From Candidatus Latescibacterota bacterium (GTDB lineage: Bacteria; Latescibacterota; CBDEFO01): a DNA stretch of 64,000 nucleotides. The notes beneath the pieces are model-generated. The model had not been told where the DNA came from. It did not search any database and saw only the letters and a program-made list of their open reading frames with translations. Position 1 is the first letter of the stretch; the number at the start of each line of letters is the position of its first letter. The translations under genes were made by a program, and so were the position numbers. Shown here one piece after another: positions 30,397-40,428 of the stretch. Location of the stretch: positions 4,416,001 through 4,480,000 of the forward strand of contig OZ252149.1 of NCBI GenBank assembly GCA_965248755.1, in the 5' to 3' direction.

Positions 30397-31929
30397 ATGG
30401 TTAGATTATCGGACATCATAAACGAAGACGATCTGCTTAAGAAAGAAAAAGAGGGGAAAGATAGCAGCTCTGAGCACGATCGCAGTTCCAAGGATAAGGC
30501 CAGATTATCAGATATCATAAAGGGCGATAACCTTTCTAAACTGATTGAGGAACATAGCAGGAAAGATAAAGAAGGGGGCAAGGGTCCTGAGCTGGACCCA
30601 GGTTCCAAAGATAAGGCCAGATTATCAGATATCATAAAGGACGAGAACCTCTCTAAACTCCTTAAAGGAGACAACAGGAAAGATAAAGAAGGGGGCAATA
30701 TCACGCTTTTGAGGGAGATTTACGCAGAGTTGGGTCAGGTGATCAATAAGGATGAAGGGGAGGATAAACAAAGCGTTTCCAGGATAGCCGATTTAAAAGA
30801 GATTCACGAGGAGTTGAGGGAGGTTTACGAAGAGTTGGGTCAGGTGATTAATCAAGATAAACCAGATACACAGGGACAGTTTCCACCTCAGAAGGATCGT
30901 TCTGTGTCACAGACAGCCAAGGACGTCGATGCTACAACCTCAGAGCTCAGTGACATCCCGTCATCCGACGCGTCGGATGACGACATAGAAGAAGTGGATA
31001 AAAGCGGAATAGAAAATCTTTACGACAGGATGTACAGCTACGTTGAGGCGGTTATATTTTCGATTAAGGAGGGAGGCGATTTTTCGCTGCAGGAGGCTTT
31101 CCAGATTGCTGAGGAAATTGTGGATTCGTCTGATGCTCAAAACACTCTCTTCCACAAAGCCGTGTACACTGAGGATGACCCGGACACAGATATTCTACAC
31201 TCTTCGGTCATATCTCACTCTGTGAATGTAGCTATATATTCTCTGAGGCTAGGCAAAGGACTGAGTTACGATTACGGTAGAGATGAACTTATCCAATTAG
31301 TAGTGGCGGGACTGCTTCACGATGTGGGGATGGTCAAAGTAGAGGACATAATCCGCAAGGAGGGAAAACCTACGCAGGATGAGATGGCTGAAATTCGCAG
31401 GCATCCACAGTACGGCTGTGAGATCCTGGAGAAATTCGGTCCGGACTATTCGTGGCTGGCCGAAGCGGCGCTCCAGGAACATGAAAGACACGGAGGTCAA
31501 GGATATCCCGATCACCTTGCAGGCGAGGAGATTAGCGAATATGCCAGAATCATCGCTGTGGCCGATACCTATGAGGCTATGACTCACACCCGACCGCACA
31601 GGAAAGGTCTGATGTCCTTTGATGCTGTAACTCAGATAGTCCAGAGAGAGAAGGGGCAGTTCGAAAGAGAGGTGGTAAAGGCGTTGATAATGAAACTTTC
31701 AGCGTTTCCGATAGGATGCTACGTTCGATTGAACTCTAAGGCAGTGGGCAGAGTGATAGAGACGAGAGACGAAAGTCCCCTCAAGCCGGTCGTAAGGCTC
31801 CTTTATAATCCTCAGGGAAAGCCTCTAAAGGAGGAAAAAGAGATCGATTTAAGAGATATGTCGATGCTAAGCGTCTCAGAGGCTATCCACGAGAGGGATC
31901 TTCCCAAGAACATAAGGGGCAGGAGATAG
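30397..31929 (+). CDS. HD-GYP domain phosphodiesterase with repetitive N-terminus
   Basis: LLHDVG, HP..G, EHERHGGQGYP, ARIIAVADTYEAMT..RPHR. Confidence 0.9.
   Translation: MVRLSDIINEDDLLKKEKEGKDSSSEHDRSSKDKARLSDIIKGDNLSKLIEEHSRKDKEGGKGPELDPGSKDKARLSDIIKDENLSKLLKGDNRKDKEGGNITLLREIYAELGQVINKDEGEDKQSVSRIADLKEIHEELREVYEELGQVINQDKPDTQGQFPPQKDRSVSQTAKDVDATTSELSDIPSSDASDDDIEEVDKSGIENLYDRMYSYVEAVIFSIKEGGDFSLQEAFQIAEEIVDSSDAQNTLFHKAVYTEDDPDTDILHSSVISHSVNVAIYSLRLGKGLSYDYGRDELIQLVVAGLLHDVGMVKVEDIIRKEGKPTQDEMAEIRRHPQYGCEILEKFGPDYSWLAEAALQEHERHGGQGYPDHLAGEEISEYARIIAVADTYEAMTHTRPHRKGLMSFDAVTQIVQREKGQFEREVVKALIMKLSAFPIGCYVRLNSKAVGRVIETRDESPLKPVVRLLYNPQGKPLKEEKEIDLRDMSMLSVSEAIHERDLPKNIRGRR
30485..30698 (+). 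repeat. 117-bp (39-aa) coding direct repeat, two full copies plus a partial copy at the N-terminus
   Basis: GATAAGGCCAGATTATCAGATATCATAAAGG and GGAAAGATAAAGAAGGGGGCAA each occur twice, 117 nt apart. Confidence 0.85.
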
Positions 31930-31931
31930 AG

Positions 31932-33083
31932 ATGGCCTGGAGAATGGAAGATAGATTCCTTCTTTCTTGTTCGAAGCTGAGTTTAGATGAGGATGCGATT
32001 TATGCCTGTGAGATTGAGTTAGATTGGGATTATGTCTTTTCAAAGTCCCTGGATGAAGGATTATCGGGTCTGGTGTATAAGAGTTTGAAACAGACAGCAG
32101 TAGAGGACAGGGTTCCACAGGATGTTTTAGAGGATCTAAAAGAGGAGTACTATAGGTCTTTCGGCCGGAACATGGTCCTCCATGCTGCTACCTTAGAGGT
32201 GTTAAAGGCGTTTGAGGATGAAGGAATAGATTGCATCGTTCTTCCGGGCGTATCGCTTATGGATGTGTATAAGGATCCAGGTTTAAGACCGATGGAGGAC
32301 GTAGACATACTGGTACGAAAAAGGGACCAGAGTAAAGCAAGGTGGACGATGCGGAACTTGGGGTATCAGGACAGCGGAAGGTATAAAGATGTCTTTGTAA
32401 AGAACATGACGATCTTCTTCGATTTGCACACGGATCTTATGAACGCCTCAAGGATAGGTGCAAGGAGGTTTGCCCTCGGGATAAAGGAGGAGGATATATG
32501 GAGCGAAGCCCTTAAAAGAGGAGATGGTAGAGGGGCTTTCCTATCAAAAGAGGATACGATCTTATATCTGGCGGCTCATGTCCTTAAACACTCTTTCAAC
32601 AGGAAGATATGGTTCGTTGACATCAGAAGATTATTAGAAAGTTGGGACATAAATTGGAGGCGGTTATTGAGTCGGGCCCGCCATTTCAACCTGGAAAAGC
32701 CCCTGTACTACTCTTTGACATACGTGAAGGAGATTATGGATGCGGATATTCCGAAAGACGTGTTAGAAGAGATGAAACATTTGAAATTTAACTTTCTGGA
32801 AAGAGCGGTTCTGCGTTCGGCTCTGGAAAACAGGAGCGTCGACAAATTGGGCGACCTCCTGTTGTTGTTTAACATAGAGCAGAGAGGGAAAAGGTTCGAG
32901 TTTCTTAAGGAGACCTACCTTCCCAGGCCTGAGGTGATGGCACAGGTCTTCCCAAGGGCGTCACAGAGATCTTCCTTTCTTGCGTATCTTTTAAGGTTTA
33001 TACAGTTAGTCTGGGAGGGTTCTAAAGGATCAGCCGGGTTTTTGATGGGACTTGTGGGAGAACGGAGAGGATGGGAGACATAA
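31932..33083 (+). CDS. Nucleotidyltransferase family protein (NTP_transf_5-like)
   Basis: IVLPG, YKDPGLRPMEDVDILV, FDLH, HVLKH, WFVDI. Confidence 0.85.
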   Translation: MAWRMEDRFLLSCSKLSLDEDAIYACEIELDWDYVFSKSLDEGLSGLVYKSLKQTAVEDRVPQDVLEDLKEEYYRSFGRNMVLHAATLEVLKAFEDEGIDCIVLPGVSLMDVYKDPGLRPMEDVDILVRKRDQSKARWTMRNLGYQDSGRYKDVFVKNMTIFFDLHTDLMNASRIGARRFALGIKEEDIWSEALKRGDGRGAFLSKEDTILYLAAHVLKHSFNRKIWFVDIRRLLESWDINWRRLLSRARHFNLEKPLYYSLTYVKEIMDADIPKDVLEEMKHLKFNFLERAVLRSALENRSVDKLGDLLLLFNIEQRGKRFEFLKETYLPRPEVMAQVFPRASQRSSFLAYLLRFIQLVWEGSKGSAGFLMGLVGERRGWET

Positions 33084-33143
33084 TCTTTTGTCTGCTGTCT
33101 ACTTTTTAAAGGGTCTGTTTGAAAATAAAAGGAGGGAACTCCT

Positions 33144-34325
33144 ATGGATCTCCAAAGAAAAGGAGTTATAATAGGCGTGATGGTCTTATTAGTAGGGTGT
33201 GCAGCAAGTGTGCCCGCCCCTCAAGTAGGAGATAACGACGGGGTTGGGAGGCTTGAAGGGGCCTATGTACATCGTTTGCCTGAGCCAGGCCCTGCTGAGA
33301 ATAGGTCGTACACCGAGGAATTCGGCTTCCCTGAGTATCTGATAGGACCGACCGATGAGCTGAAGATAAAATTGGCTTTTGGGACCCAAGAGACTGAGGA
33401 GACCGTTGTCGTGCGACCGGATGGGAGGATCTCCTTTGAGTTGGTTCATGATCTGGAAGTGGCGGGTTTAACTCCAAGGTAAGTGGACGATCTCCTGACA
33501 GAGTCTCTAATTGTATATCTGAAAGTTCCAAAGGTGGATGTGTTGGTGGATAAATACAACAGTAGGAGGGTGGCTCTATTAGGCGCGATACAGACTACTC
33601 AGCAGGCGGGAGACAATGGACCGGGCGTCTATTCACTAACTGGGAAAAAGACCGTGTTGGATATTATCCTGGAGGCAGGCGGACCTACGGACGATGCGCA
33701 GTTGGACAGTATCAAGTTGACCAGGGGGAGTAAAGAATATATCATAAATCTTAATAGGATAAAGGACGCAAGTATCACTTTGGAGGGAGGAGACCTTGTA
33801 CGAGTGCCCGGATTGTCGGTGGTGGATAGGAAGGTACTAGTGATAGGAGAGGTTAGATCTCAAGGGGTGTTCAGCTTCCCAAGCGACGTGAGTGTGATGG
33901 AGGCTGTTATCAGGGCCGGCGGCTTCACGAATGACGCTGTAAGGAAGGATATAAAGATTATAAGAGGAGACGCGTCTAACCCTCAGATGTTTTCTGTGGA
34001 TGCGGAAAGCATATTGGAGAACGCTGATCTGGCTCAGAATATTATACTTGAAAATAACGATATTCTTTATGTTCCGAGGTCATTCATATCGGATATAAAT
34101 GTTGCCATAAATAAGATAAACCCGATATTGAGCCTAATTGTGTGGCCGAGCACCTATAGGGACCTGTACACGACAGGCGGCGGCTTGAGGATAGATACGG
34201 GACCTCCGGAGACAGGCACTACCACCCTGCGGACGCTCCCAATAGGTAAGCCCACAGCGGGAGCGAAGGCTGTGGCTGACAACGAGAAAGATTCCAAGGA
34301 AAAAAAGACCTCTCAAGATGAGTAG
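33144..34325 (+). pseudogene. Polysaccharide export lipoprotein (Wza-like, Poly_export + SLBB) with in-frame TAA
   Basis: LLVGC lipobox; YLIGPTD, VRPDGRIS, VAGLTPR*VDDLL (TAA 33480-33482); SLBB repeats continue in the same frame. Confidence 0.85.
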
Positions 34326-34348
34326 ACAGGGAAGGACAGTGGTAAAGA

Positions 34349-37300
34349 ATGGCGTCTCAATATGAATTAAGCTTAAGAGACTACTGGCGGATACTGCGCA
34401 AGCGGAGGTTTCTCATTGCCTTCACTGCGTTGATGTTGGGGATATTCACCTTTATGGTGAGTTCTTTTTCAAGACCTGTCCTCAAATATAGCGCCTCTGC
34501 AAAGATACAGATTGAAAAGGAAACTTCACCGACCAGTCAATATACCGATGCACTATCGTCGTACTACGGAGGAGGAGGTGACCTGGAGACAAGAAAAGGT
34601 GTTATAAGAAGTCAGAAAGTTTTGTCTATCGCCTCCAAAAACTTAGGACGGATAGGAAAAGACATCAGTTTGACAGAAATAGCCGATACCCCTGAATATA
34701 TTCGCAAGATCGAAAGCCTTGAGAAGAGCGTGAGTATTGAGCAGGAAGAACTTACCGATATTATAACCATCTCAGCCGTACACATCTATCCTGATACGGC
34801 GGCAAAGATTGCAAACGCTGTCGCAGAGGCATATAAGGATTACCACTGGGATCAGGTGACGAGCCAGCCCAGAGAATCCATAAGACGCATAAAGGAGTTG
34901 ACGGACGCTGAGAAAGATAGTCTGGCGCAGGCCGAGATGAATTTGAAAAGGTACAGGGAGGAAAAGAATATCATCTCTTTGGTCGCTCAGACGAGCCTTG
35001 TGCTGAGCGAGAAGTCCATAACTCGAAGATCGCATTCGGAGGCAGAGTCAGCTTTAGATCAGATCAATGATGTTATTAAGCAGGTAGATAAGGTGGGAAC
35101 TATATCGGAGGAGGCGCTGGAGAGCCTGCCCGAAAAGATCGCTACAGGTGTTTTCATGTCTTTGGCAACAAGCCTAACTAATCTAAACAGCGAAAGGGAA
35201 GTCTTGCTTCTAGACTATAGTGAGAGGCACCCTCAGATTCGGGTGACAGATATTAAGATCGCTCAGGTCAAGAAGGATATGGTCGAGGAGCTAAAGGGGA
35301 TGCAAAAGACGCTGGAGGTCGAGCAGAAAAAGTTCAAGACGAGGCTGGACGCCCTATCGTCGGAGGAGAGTAGTATCCCTCAAATGAGACTGGAGCTTGA
35401 GAGGCTTATGGCAGAGGTGGAAGGAAGGCGTATCATAGTTACGGCTTTAGAGCAACAGTACCATACAGCGAGGATACAAAAGGAGAGCACCGGGGCCGAA
35501 CGGGTGGTGATAATTCAACAGGCATTCGCATCCAGTGTACCCATAAATCCGACTAATCCTCTGTCTATAGCTGTTGTAGGATCTGCCATAGGCATGATAT
35601 TAGGGCTCCTTTTTGCATTTATTGCTGAGACTATGGACACTTCTATAGGGACGATCGAGGACGTCGAAGAGTATGTGGGGGCTTCTGTAGTGGGGCTGAT
35701 ACCTCACATAGATATTGAAGAGGTCAAAGCGTCTCTGATGGCCAAGGGAGTGGCTGATCAAGATGAAGCGGCTATAGAGCAGAACGCCCGATTGGTAGCG
35801 CATTTTGATCCTCAGTCTAACATAGCAGAAAGCTACAGGGCCTTAAGAACGAACATCCAGTTTTTGACTGTTGAGAAGAACGCCAAAAGTGTTTTGGTCA
35901 CAAGCTCCACCCAGCAGGAGGGTAAGACGACGACGATGGTGAATTTTGCCATGACCATGGCTCAGGTGGGGGAAAAGACGCTCCTTATAGACACCGATTT
36001 GAGAAAACCTGTGGTCAATAAAGTATTCGGGTTGGAAAGAGAACCTGGTATGTCGGACGTGATACTGGGCAATTACGACTACAAGGACGTTGTCAGGACT
36101 GTGGCGGACATAATGACAGGGGAAATGGGCATGGAGGATATTATGATGACCCCTGGGATGGATAATCTGAACATAATCACCAGCGGAACGATTCCCCCTA
36201 ACCCCACTGAAATATTGAGCTCACAGTCTATGAAGGATTTCATAAGGGAAGTGGAGGAGGACTACGATATAGTGCTCTTTGACTGCCCCCCCATACTCCA
36301 GGCCACCGACGCAGCCATCTTGGCCCGAGAAATAGATGGGGTGATCCTGGTATATAGGGTGGGTGAGGTTCCGAGAAATTCCTTGAAGCGGGCAAAGCTT
36401 CAGTTGGATCAAGTGGATGCTCAGACGCTGGGGATTGTGCTGAACGGCGCTCGCGCGGATATAAGCTCGGACTTCTACGATATGAGGTATTACTATTCGT
36501 CGTATTACGCTTACGGTAGTGAACAGAAAGAGGAATCGAAAGCCGGACTGCTGTCCAGGCTCGTGGATAACGCCAAATCTCTATTCGGCAGCAGTAATGG
36601 TAAAGATTCAGAAAAGGGCGAACGCTCCGCCGAAAGCAAAGACAGCGAAACAGGAAAAGGCAAAGTTGCAAGATTAGGGGTCAACGTTTTCTTGTCTGCG
36701 TTTGTGGCCGTAGGGTTTATGTGGCAGATGGGTCTGATATCGCTTGGAAAGCAGATAGATAGAAAACGTACAGAAAACACAGAAATTACAATCGATAGAG
36801 AATTGACAGAAACACCTAAAGGAATTGGGGAGGGAAAGGTAGATGCCCCTATTGACAAAGAGTCCAAAGTAAAAGGGGCGTATCAGAGCCAAACGGGGAC
36901 TCCGAAGAGTATTCAAGCATCTTTTGCGGAAAAAGGCGTTTCAAAGGAGACGAATGCAGATCCAGAACGAGATATTGCAGGGGCGTTGGACTCCTCCCAT
37001 GAAACCGATGGGTCCCAAAGCGTCGCCACAGCAGCGCTTGCGCCCGAAGAGAAAGATCCAGTTTACTTAAAGGATATAGCAGAACGTCTACAGCGAACCG
37101 AGAATCTTCCCATGGAGACAAACCATGACAGAAAGAGACCTTTCTCCGTACATGTAGGATCGTATAAGATACTAGAAAATATGAATCTACAGATGGAACG
37201 ACTCAGGGCAAAGGGATACGAGGTGTTTGTCGTGGGTGCAAATATGGGCGGTGACACCTTCCACAGGATTTTGGTAGGCGGGTTCGAAAACATCGTTGGA

Positions 37301-37591
37301 GCAAAGGTACAAGCTGATCATTTGAAAATGAGGGGCCATACAGATTATGCGGAGGTTATGGATTTGCCTTACGGCGTGGAGATAGGCACCTTTGACCTGA
37401 GGGAACTTGCCCAATATGAAGCTGATGAGTTAATAAAGGATGGCTATTATCCGTATATAACGGTTGCAGATGGACTGGACAGCGCAAGTTTCAGTTTAAT
37501 GTTAGGAGCGTTTAAGACAGAAAAGGAGGCCGAAGCGTTCTCCCAAGAGATGGGAGGAAAGGGAAAGTCTAATCAGGTCATCCTCAGATAG
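34349..37591 (+). CDS. Polysaccharide co-polymerase/tyrosine autokinase (Wzc-like) with extra TM helix and C-terminal SPOR-like domains
   Basis: LRDYWRIL, coiled coil, ESYRALRTN, EGKTT, DTDLRKP, FDCPP, Tyr cluster YYYSSYYAY; then TM; FSVHVGSY..RILVGGF and YGVEIGTF..LGAF. Confidence 0.9.
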   Translation: MASQYELSLRDYWRILRKRRFLIAFTALMLGIFTFMVSSFSRPVLKYSASAKIQIEKETSPTSQYTDALSSYYGGGGDLETRKGVIRSQKVLSIASKNLGRIGKDISLTEIADTPEYIRKIESLEKSVSIEQEELTDIITISAVHIYPDTAAKIANAVAEAYKDYHWDQVTSQPRESIRRIKELTDAEKDSLAQAEMNLKRYREEKNIISLVAQTSLVLSEKSITRRSHSEAESALDQINDVIKQVDKVGTISEEALESLPEKIATGVFMSLATSLTNLNSEREVLLLDYSERHPQIRVTDIKIAQVKKDMVEELKGMQKTLEVEQKKFKTRLDALSSEESSIPQMRLELERLMAEVEGRRIIVTALEQQYHTARIQKESTGAERVVIIQQAFASSVPINPTNPLSIAVVGSAIGMILGLLFAFIAETMDTSIGTIEDVEEYVGASVVGLIPHIDIEEVKASLMAKGVADQDEAAIEQNARLVAHFDPQSNIAESYRALRTNIQFLTVEKNAKSVLVTSSTQQEGKTTTMVNFAMTMAQVGEKTLLIDTDLRKPVVNKVFGLEREPGMSDVILGNYDYKDVVRTVADIMTGEMGMEDIMMTPGMDNLNIITSGTIPPNPTEILSSQSMKDFIREVEEDYDIVLFDCPPILQATDAAILAREIDGVILVYRVGEVPRNSLKRAKLQLDQVDAQTLGIVLNGARADISSDFYDMRYYYSSYYAYGSEQKEESKAGLLSRLVDNAKSLFGSSNGKDSEKGERSAESKDSETGKGKVARLGVNVFLSAFVAVGFMWQMGLISLGKQIDRKRTENTEITIDRELTETPKGIGEGKVDAPIDKESKVKGAYQSQTGTPKSIQASFAEKGVSKETNADPERDIAGALDSSHETDGSQSVATAALAPEEKDPVYLKDIAERLQRTENLPMETNHDRKRPFSVHVGSYKILENMNLQMERLRAKGYEVFVVGANMGGDTFHRILVGGFENIVGAKVQADHLKMRGHTDYAEVMDLPYGVEIGTFDLRELAQYEADELIKDGYYPYITVADGLDSASFSLMLGAFKTEKEAEAFSQEMGGKGKSNQVILR

Positions 37592-37724
37592 GAAGATGGC
37601 CCTCCTATCGAAAAGTTCATATGCCTGATCTTTCCTGGCCACTTGTGTCATTGCTTGCCTGGCTTTTTAATCAAAGATATTAAGTAGCTTGAAAACTTGT
37701 TGGATATATTAAGTCAGTAGACAG

Positions 37725-37849
37725 GTGAGATTCCTTCAGGTTTTGGGCCTCGCAATGACAAAAGTCTTTGCACTGTCATTGCCATCCGAAGTCCAGAGCC
37801 TTGGCTCAGAGCAAAGCAAAGGCTCTGCGAAGGGTCAGTGAGCAATCTC
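37725..37849. repeat. Composite palindromic repeat copy
   Basis: GTGAGATT...CTCGCAATGAC / GTCATTGC...GAAGGGTCAGTGAGCAATCTC. Confidence 0.8.
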
Positions 37850-37960
37850 CGTTAGGTCGCCTTTTCCTCTTAAGACGTTTACTATCTTGGATCTCTATAG
37901 TCTTGGCCAGAATATTTTCACCCGACACTCAGTTGGCGTAGATTTCAGGTCGAAGGGAAG

Positions 37961-38272
37961 GTGATTTCAGTGCCATATTCGAGCCATTCAAGGCACTCAC
38001 GCCGTTCACGCCGTAGAAGAAGTGGACGATCTAATGTAAAGAGGGAGACCAAGCTATATCTGGCTATAACACTTGCGTGCTTTTTAGCTGCCGCTTTCAT
38101 AAGTTTTGTGACAGGCGCAGCCCCCGATCTCATAAAGGGCTTTATCAGTAATTATGTCCAAAAAACGATAAGCACTGAGATCAAAAAGGCTCAGGAGGAA
38201 ATATCCTCTGGGGGTGGTATGGACGTCGATAAGATGAAAGAGATGATGGGAAAATCAAAAAGGGGAAGATAG
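37961..38272 (+). CDS. Small single-TM protein with Ser/Arg-rich N-terminal tail
   Basis: SSHSRHSRRSRRRRSGRS followed by one TM helix; co-oriented in the cluster. Confidence 0.7.
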   Translation: MISVPYSSHSRHSRRSRRRRSGRSNVKRETKLYLAITLACFLAAAFISFVTGAAPDLIKGFISNYVQKTISTEIKKAQEEISSGGGMDVDKMKEMMGKSKRGR

Positions 38273-38327
38273 TTAGTCTTTTATTGAGTTTTGAACGTGT
38301 GGTTTTAGAACATATAAGGCGTAATAT

Positions 38328-39725
38328 ATGAACTCTAGCTATAGAAACTCAAGTGTGCTTTCCTTGGCAGGAATAGTTGTCTTAACGCTGTTACTGTCCC
38401 TGGTAGTATCGAGGATACCATACGAAATGAGTTTTGCCCTCGTTATAGGGGCCTGTGTGCTTGTCGTCAGTTTTTTGTACGCAGAGGCAGCTATTTATAT
38501 CCTTATCCTTTCAATGCTCCTTTCACCTGAGTTTGGAACCAGAGAGACAAGCGGAGAGGGAGCGACTATCCGACTGGAGGATATACTTCTGGTGGTCGTA
38601 GGTTGCAGTTGGTTAGCGAGGATGGCTGTACATAAGGATCTGGGATTCTTTTTGAAGACGGAGTTCAACCGTCCGATTCGGAACTATGCAATGGCGTGTA
38701 TACTTGCCACAGGAGCAGGGATACTCTACGGAGACGTTAAATCTCCGATCACAGGCTTCTTTTTCGTCTTGAAATACATAGAGTACTTTGTGATGTTTTT
38801 TATGGTGGTAAATCATATCGAGAGCAGAAGACAGGTCAGATCGTTTCTGATAGTGGCTTTGATAACGTGTTCCATTGTATGTTTTGCATCTTTGGCTCAG
38901 ATACCGGCGGGAGGTAGGATAACTGCACCCTTCGAAGGAGAAGGTGGCGAGCCGAATACGCTGGGCGGCTATCTGGTTCTCATGCTGTCTCTGGTGCTAG
39001 GACTCCTTTTTAATATGGATGATCGGGATTCAAAAACGTATAAGAGGGCGCTGTTAGGACTTTCGTTTATGTGTGCAGTTCTGATTCTATTTACACAGTC
39101 GAGAGGGTCGTGGATGGCTGTGGGGGTTATGTACGTAACGCTGACTGTCTTAAGTAAGAGGAGACTATTGCTCATCCTGGGGCTCTTGGTAGTGATTCCT
39201 CTTTCTCCAGTTATCCTGCCAAAGGCTGTTAAGGAGAGGGTGTCGTACACGTTCAAAAAGGGCGAATCGGAGCAGTGGAGGAAAATGCAAAGGGACGTAA
39301 GCGGTGTTACTCTGGATACTTCGACTTCAGATAGATTGGGGGCTTGGGAGAACGCCTTAAAGGGATTTCTGCGTCATCCGATACTGGGATATGGGATTAC
39401 AGGTTGGAGATTCTTGGACGCTCAATTTATAAAGACGCTGGTCGAAACAGGACTTGTGGGTCTCACCGCCTTCATCGCCCTCTTGGTCAAGATCCTTCAG
39501 GTGGCGTGGAGAACTTACAAACAGACCGAAGATAGAATGTACAAAGGGATATGCATGGGATTTTTTGTCGGTACGGTCGCTATGATCGCACATGGACTCT
39601 TCGCAAATACGTTTATTATAGTCAGAATCATGGAACCGTTCTGGCTCATCGGGGGGTTCGTGGTGATAATCCCTCTTCTGGAGGCAAAAGCAAAGGAGGC
39701 ATCGTTGGAGACTGTAGCTGCTTAG
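38328..39725 (+). CDS. O-antigen ligase/polymerase family (Wzy_C) protein
   Basis: Many TM helices, EPNTLG, TQSRGSW, HPILGYG. Confidence 0.88.
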   Translation: MNSSYRNSSVLSLAGIVVLTLLLSLVVSRIPYEMSFALVIGACVLVVSFLYAEAAIYILILSMLLSPEFGTRETSGEGATIRLEDILLVVVGCSWLARMAVHKDLGFFLKTEFNRPIRNYAMACILATGAGILYGDVKSPITGFFFVLKYIEYFVMFFMVVNHIESRRQVRSFLIVALITCSIVCFASLAQIPAGGRITAPFEGEGGEPNTLGGYLVLMLSLVLGLLFNMDDRDSKTYKRALLGLSFMCAVLILFTQSRGSWMAVGVMYVTLTVLSKRRLLLILGLLVVIPLSPVILPKAVKERVSYTFKKGESEQWRKMQRDVSGVTLDTSTSDRLGAWENALKGFLRHPILGYGITGWRFLDAQFIKTLVETGLVGLTAFIALLVKILQVAWRTYKQTEDRMYKGICMGFFVGTVAMIAHGLFANTFIIVRIMEPFWLIGGFVVIIPLLEAKAKEASLETVAA

Positions 39726-39758
39726 GTCAAGCCGGGACATGTTCACACATCGGAAAAT

Positions 39759-40331
39759 ATGAAGAAACAAACGCAAATTAACGGAATGCTGTCACCACTA
39801 TTGCAAAATATAAGGATAAAGAAGGCGTTACCCTTTATACGTGGAAATTGCATACTTGATGTTGGGTGTTCAGCAGGAGAAATGCTTCGATATCTTCCAC
39901 ATGATGTCGACTACATAGGAATTGAAGGAAACGCTACTTATTTCAAAAATGCGCAATTATTATATCCGGATCATAATTTCATCAATCTGTATATTGACGG
40001 TGATAACTCCGCTAATTTAGATGTACCTGAGAGAGACACAATTATTATGCTTGCGATTTTGGAACATTTAAACCAGCCGATGGAGACCTTAAGAAACTTA
40101 AGAAGCTATTTATCCCAAGAGGGAATTATTATTATCACGACCCCCAGTAACTACGCAAGATATGTTCTCCAGATAGGATCAAGATTTAGAATATTCTCTA
40201 GCGAGATGGATGAGCATAAGAATCACTTTTCCCAATCGGAGCTCATATCAATCTGTAGGGATGCAGGCTCAACAATTATCTGCTATTCCAGATTTGAGTT
40301 TGGGATGAATCATTTGATTGTGATAAAATAG
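39759..40331 (+). CDS. Class I SAM-dependent methyltransferase
   Basis: ILDVGC, AILEHL, ITTP. Confidence 0.88.
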   Translation: MKKQTQINGMLSPLLQNIRIKKALPFIRGNCILDVGCSAGEMLRYLPHDVDYIGIEGNATYFKNAQLLYPDHNFINLYIDGDNSANLDVPERDTIIMLAILEHLNQPMETLRNLRSYLSQEGIIIITTPSNYARYVLQIGSRFRIFSSEMDEHKNHFSQSELISICRDAGSTIICYSRFEFGMNHLIVIK

Positions 40332-40428
40332 TGATCGGTAAGTTCGACGGAGCCGATGGGGTGCTTTTGCAAGGACAGGTAAAGCGTACATTAGAAGATA
40401 TTCCCAAAGACAAGGTTATGGACGAGAC

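Noticed and set aside
8416..33482. Alternative genetic code, pyrrolysine or selenocysteine readthrough at in-frame stops
   Set aside because: The internal stops are TAG, TGA and TAA in different genes, all three are used as normal stops throughout the window, the ExeA TGA is at a Trp-type position, and the CoxM-like gene also has a frameshift
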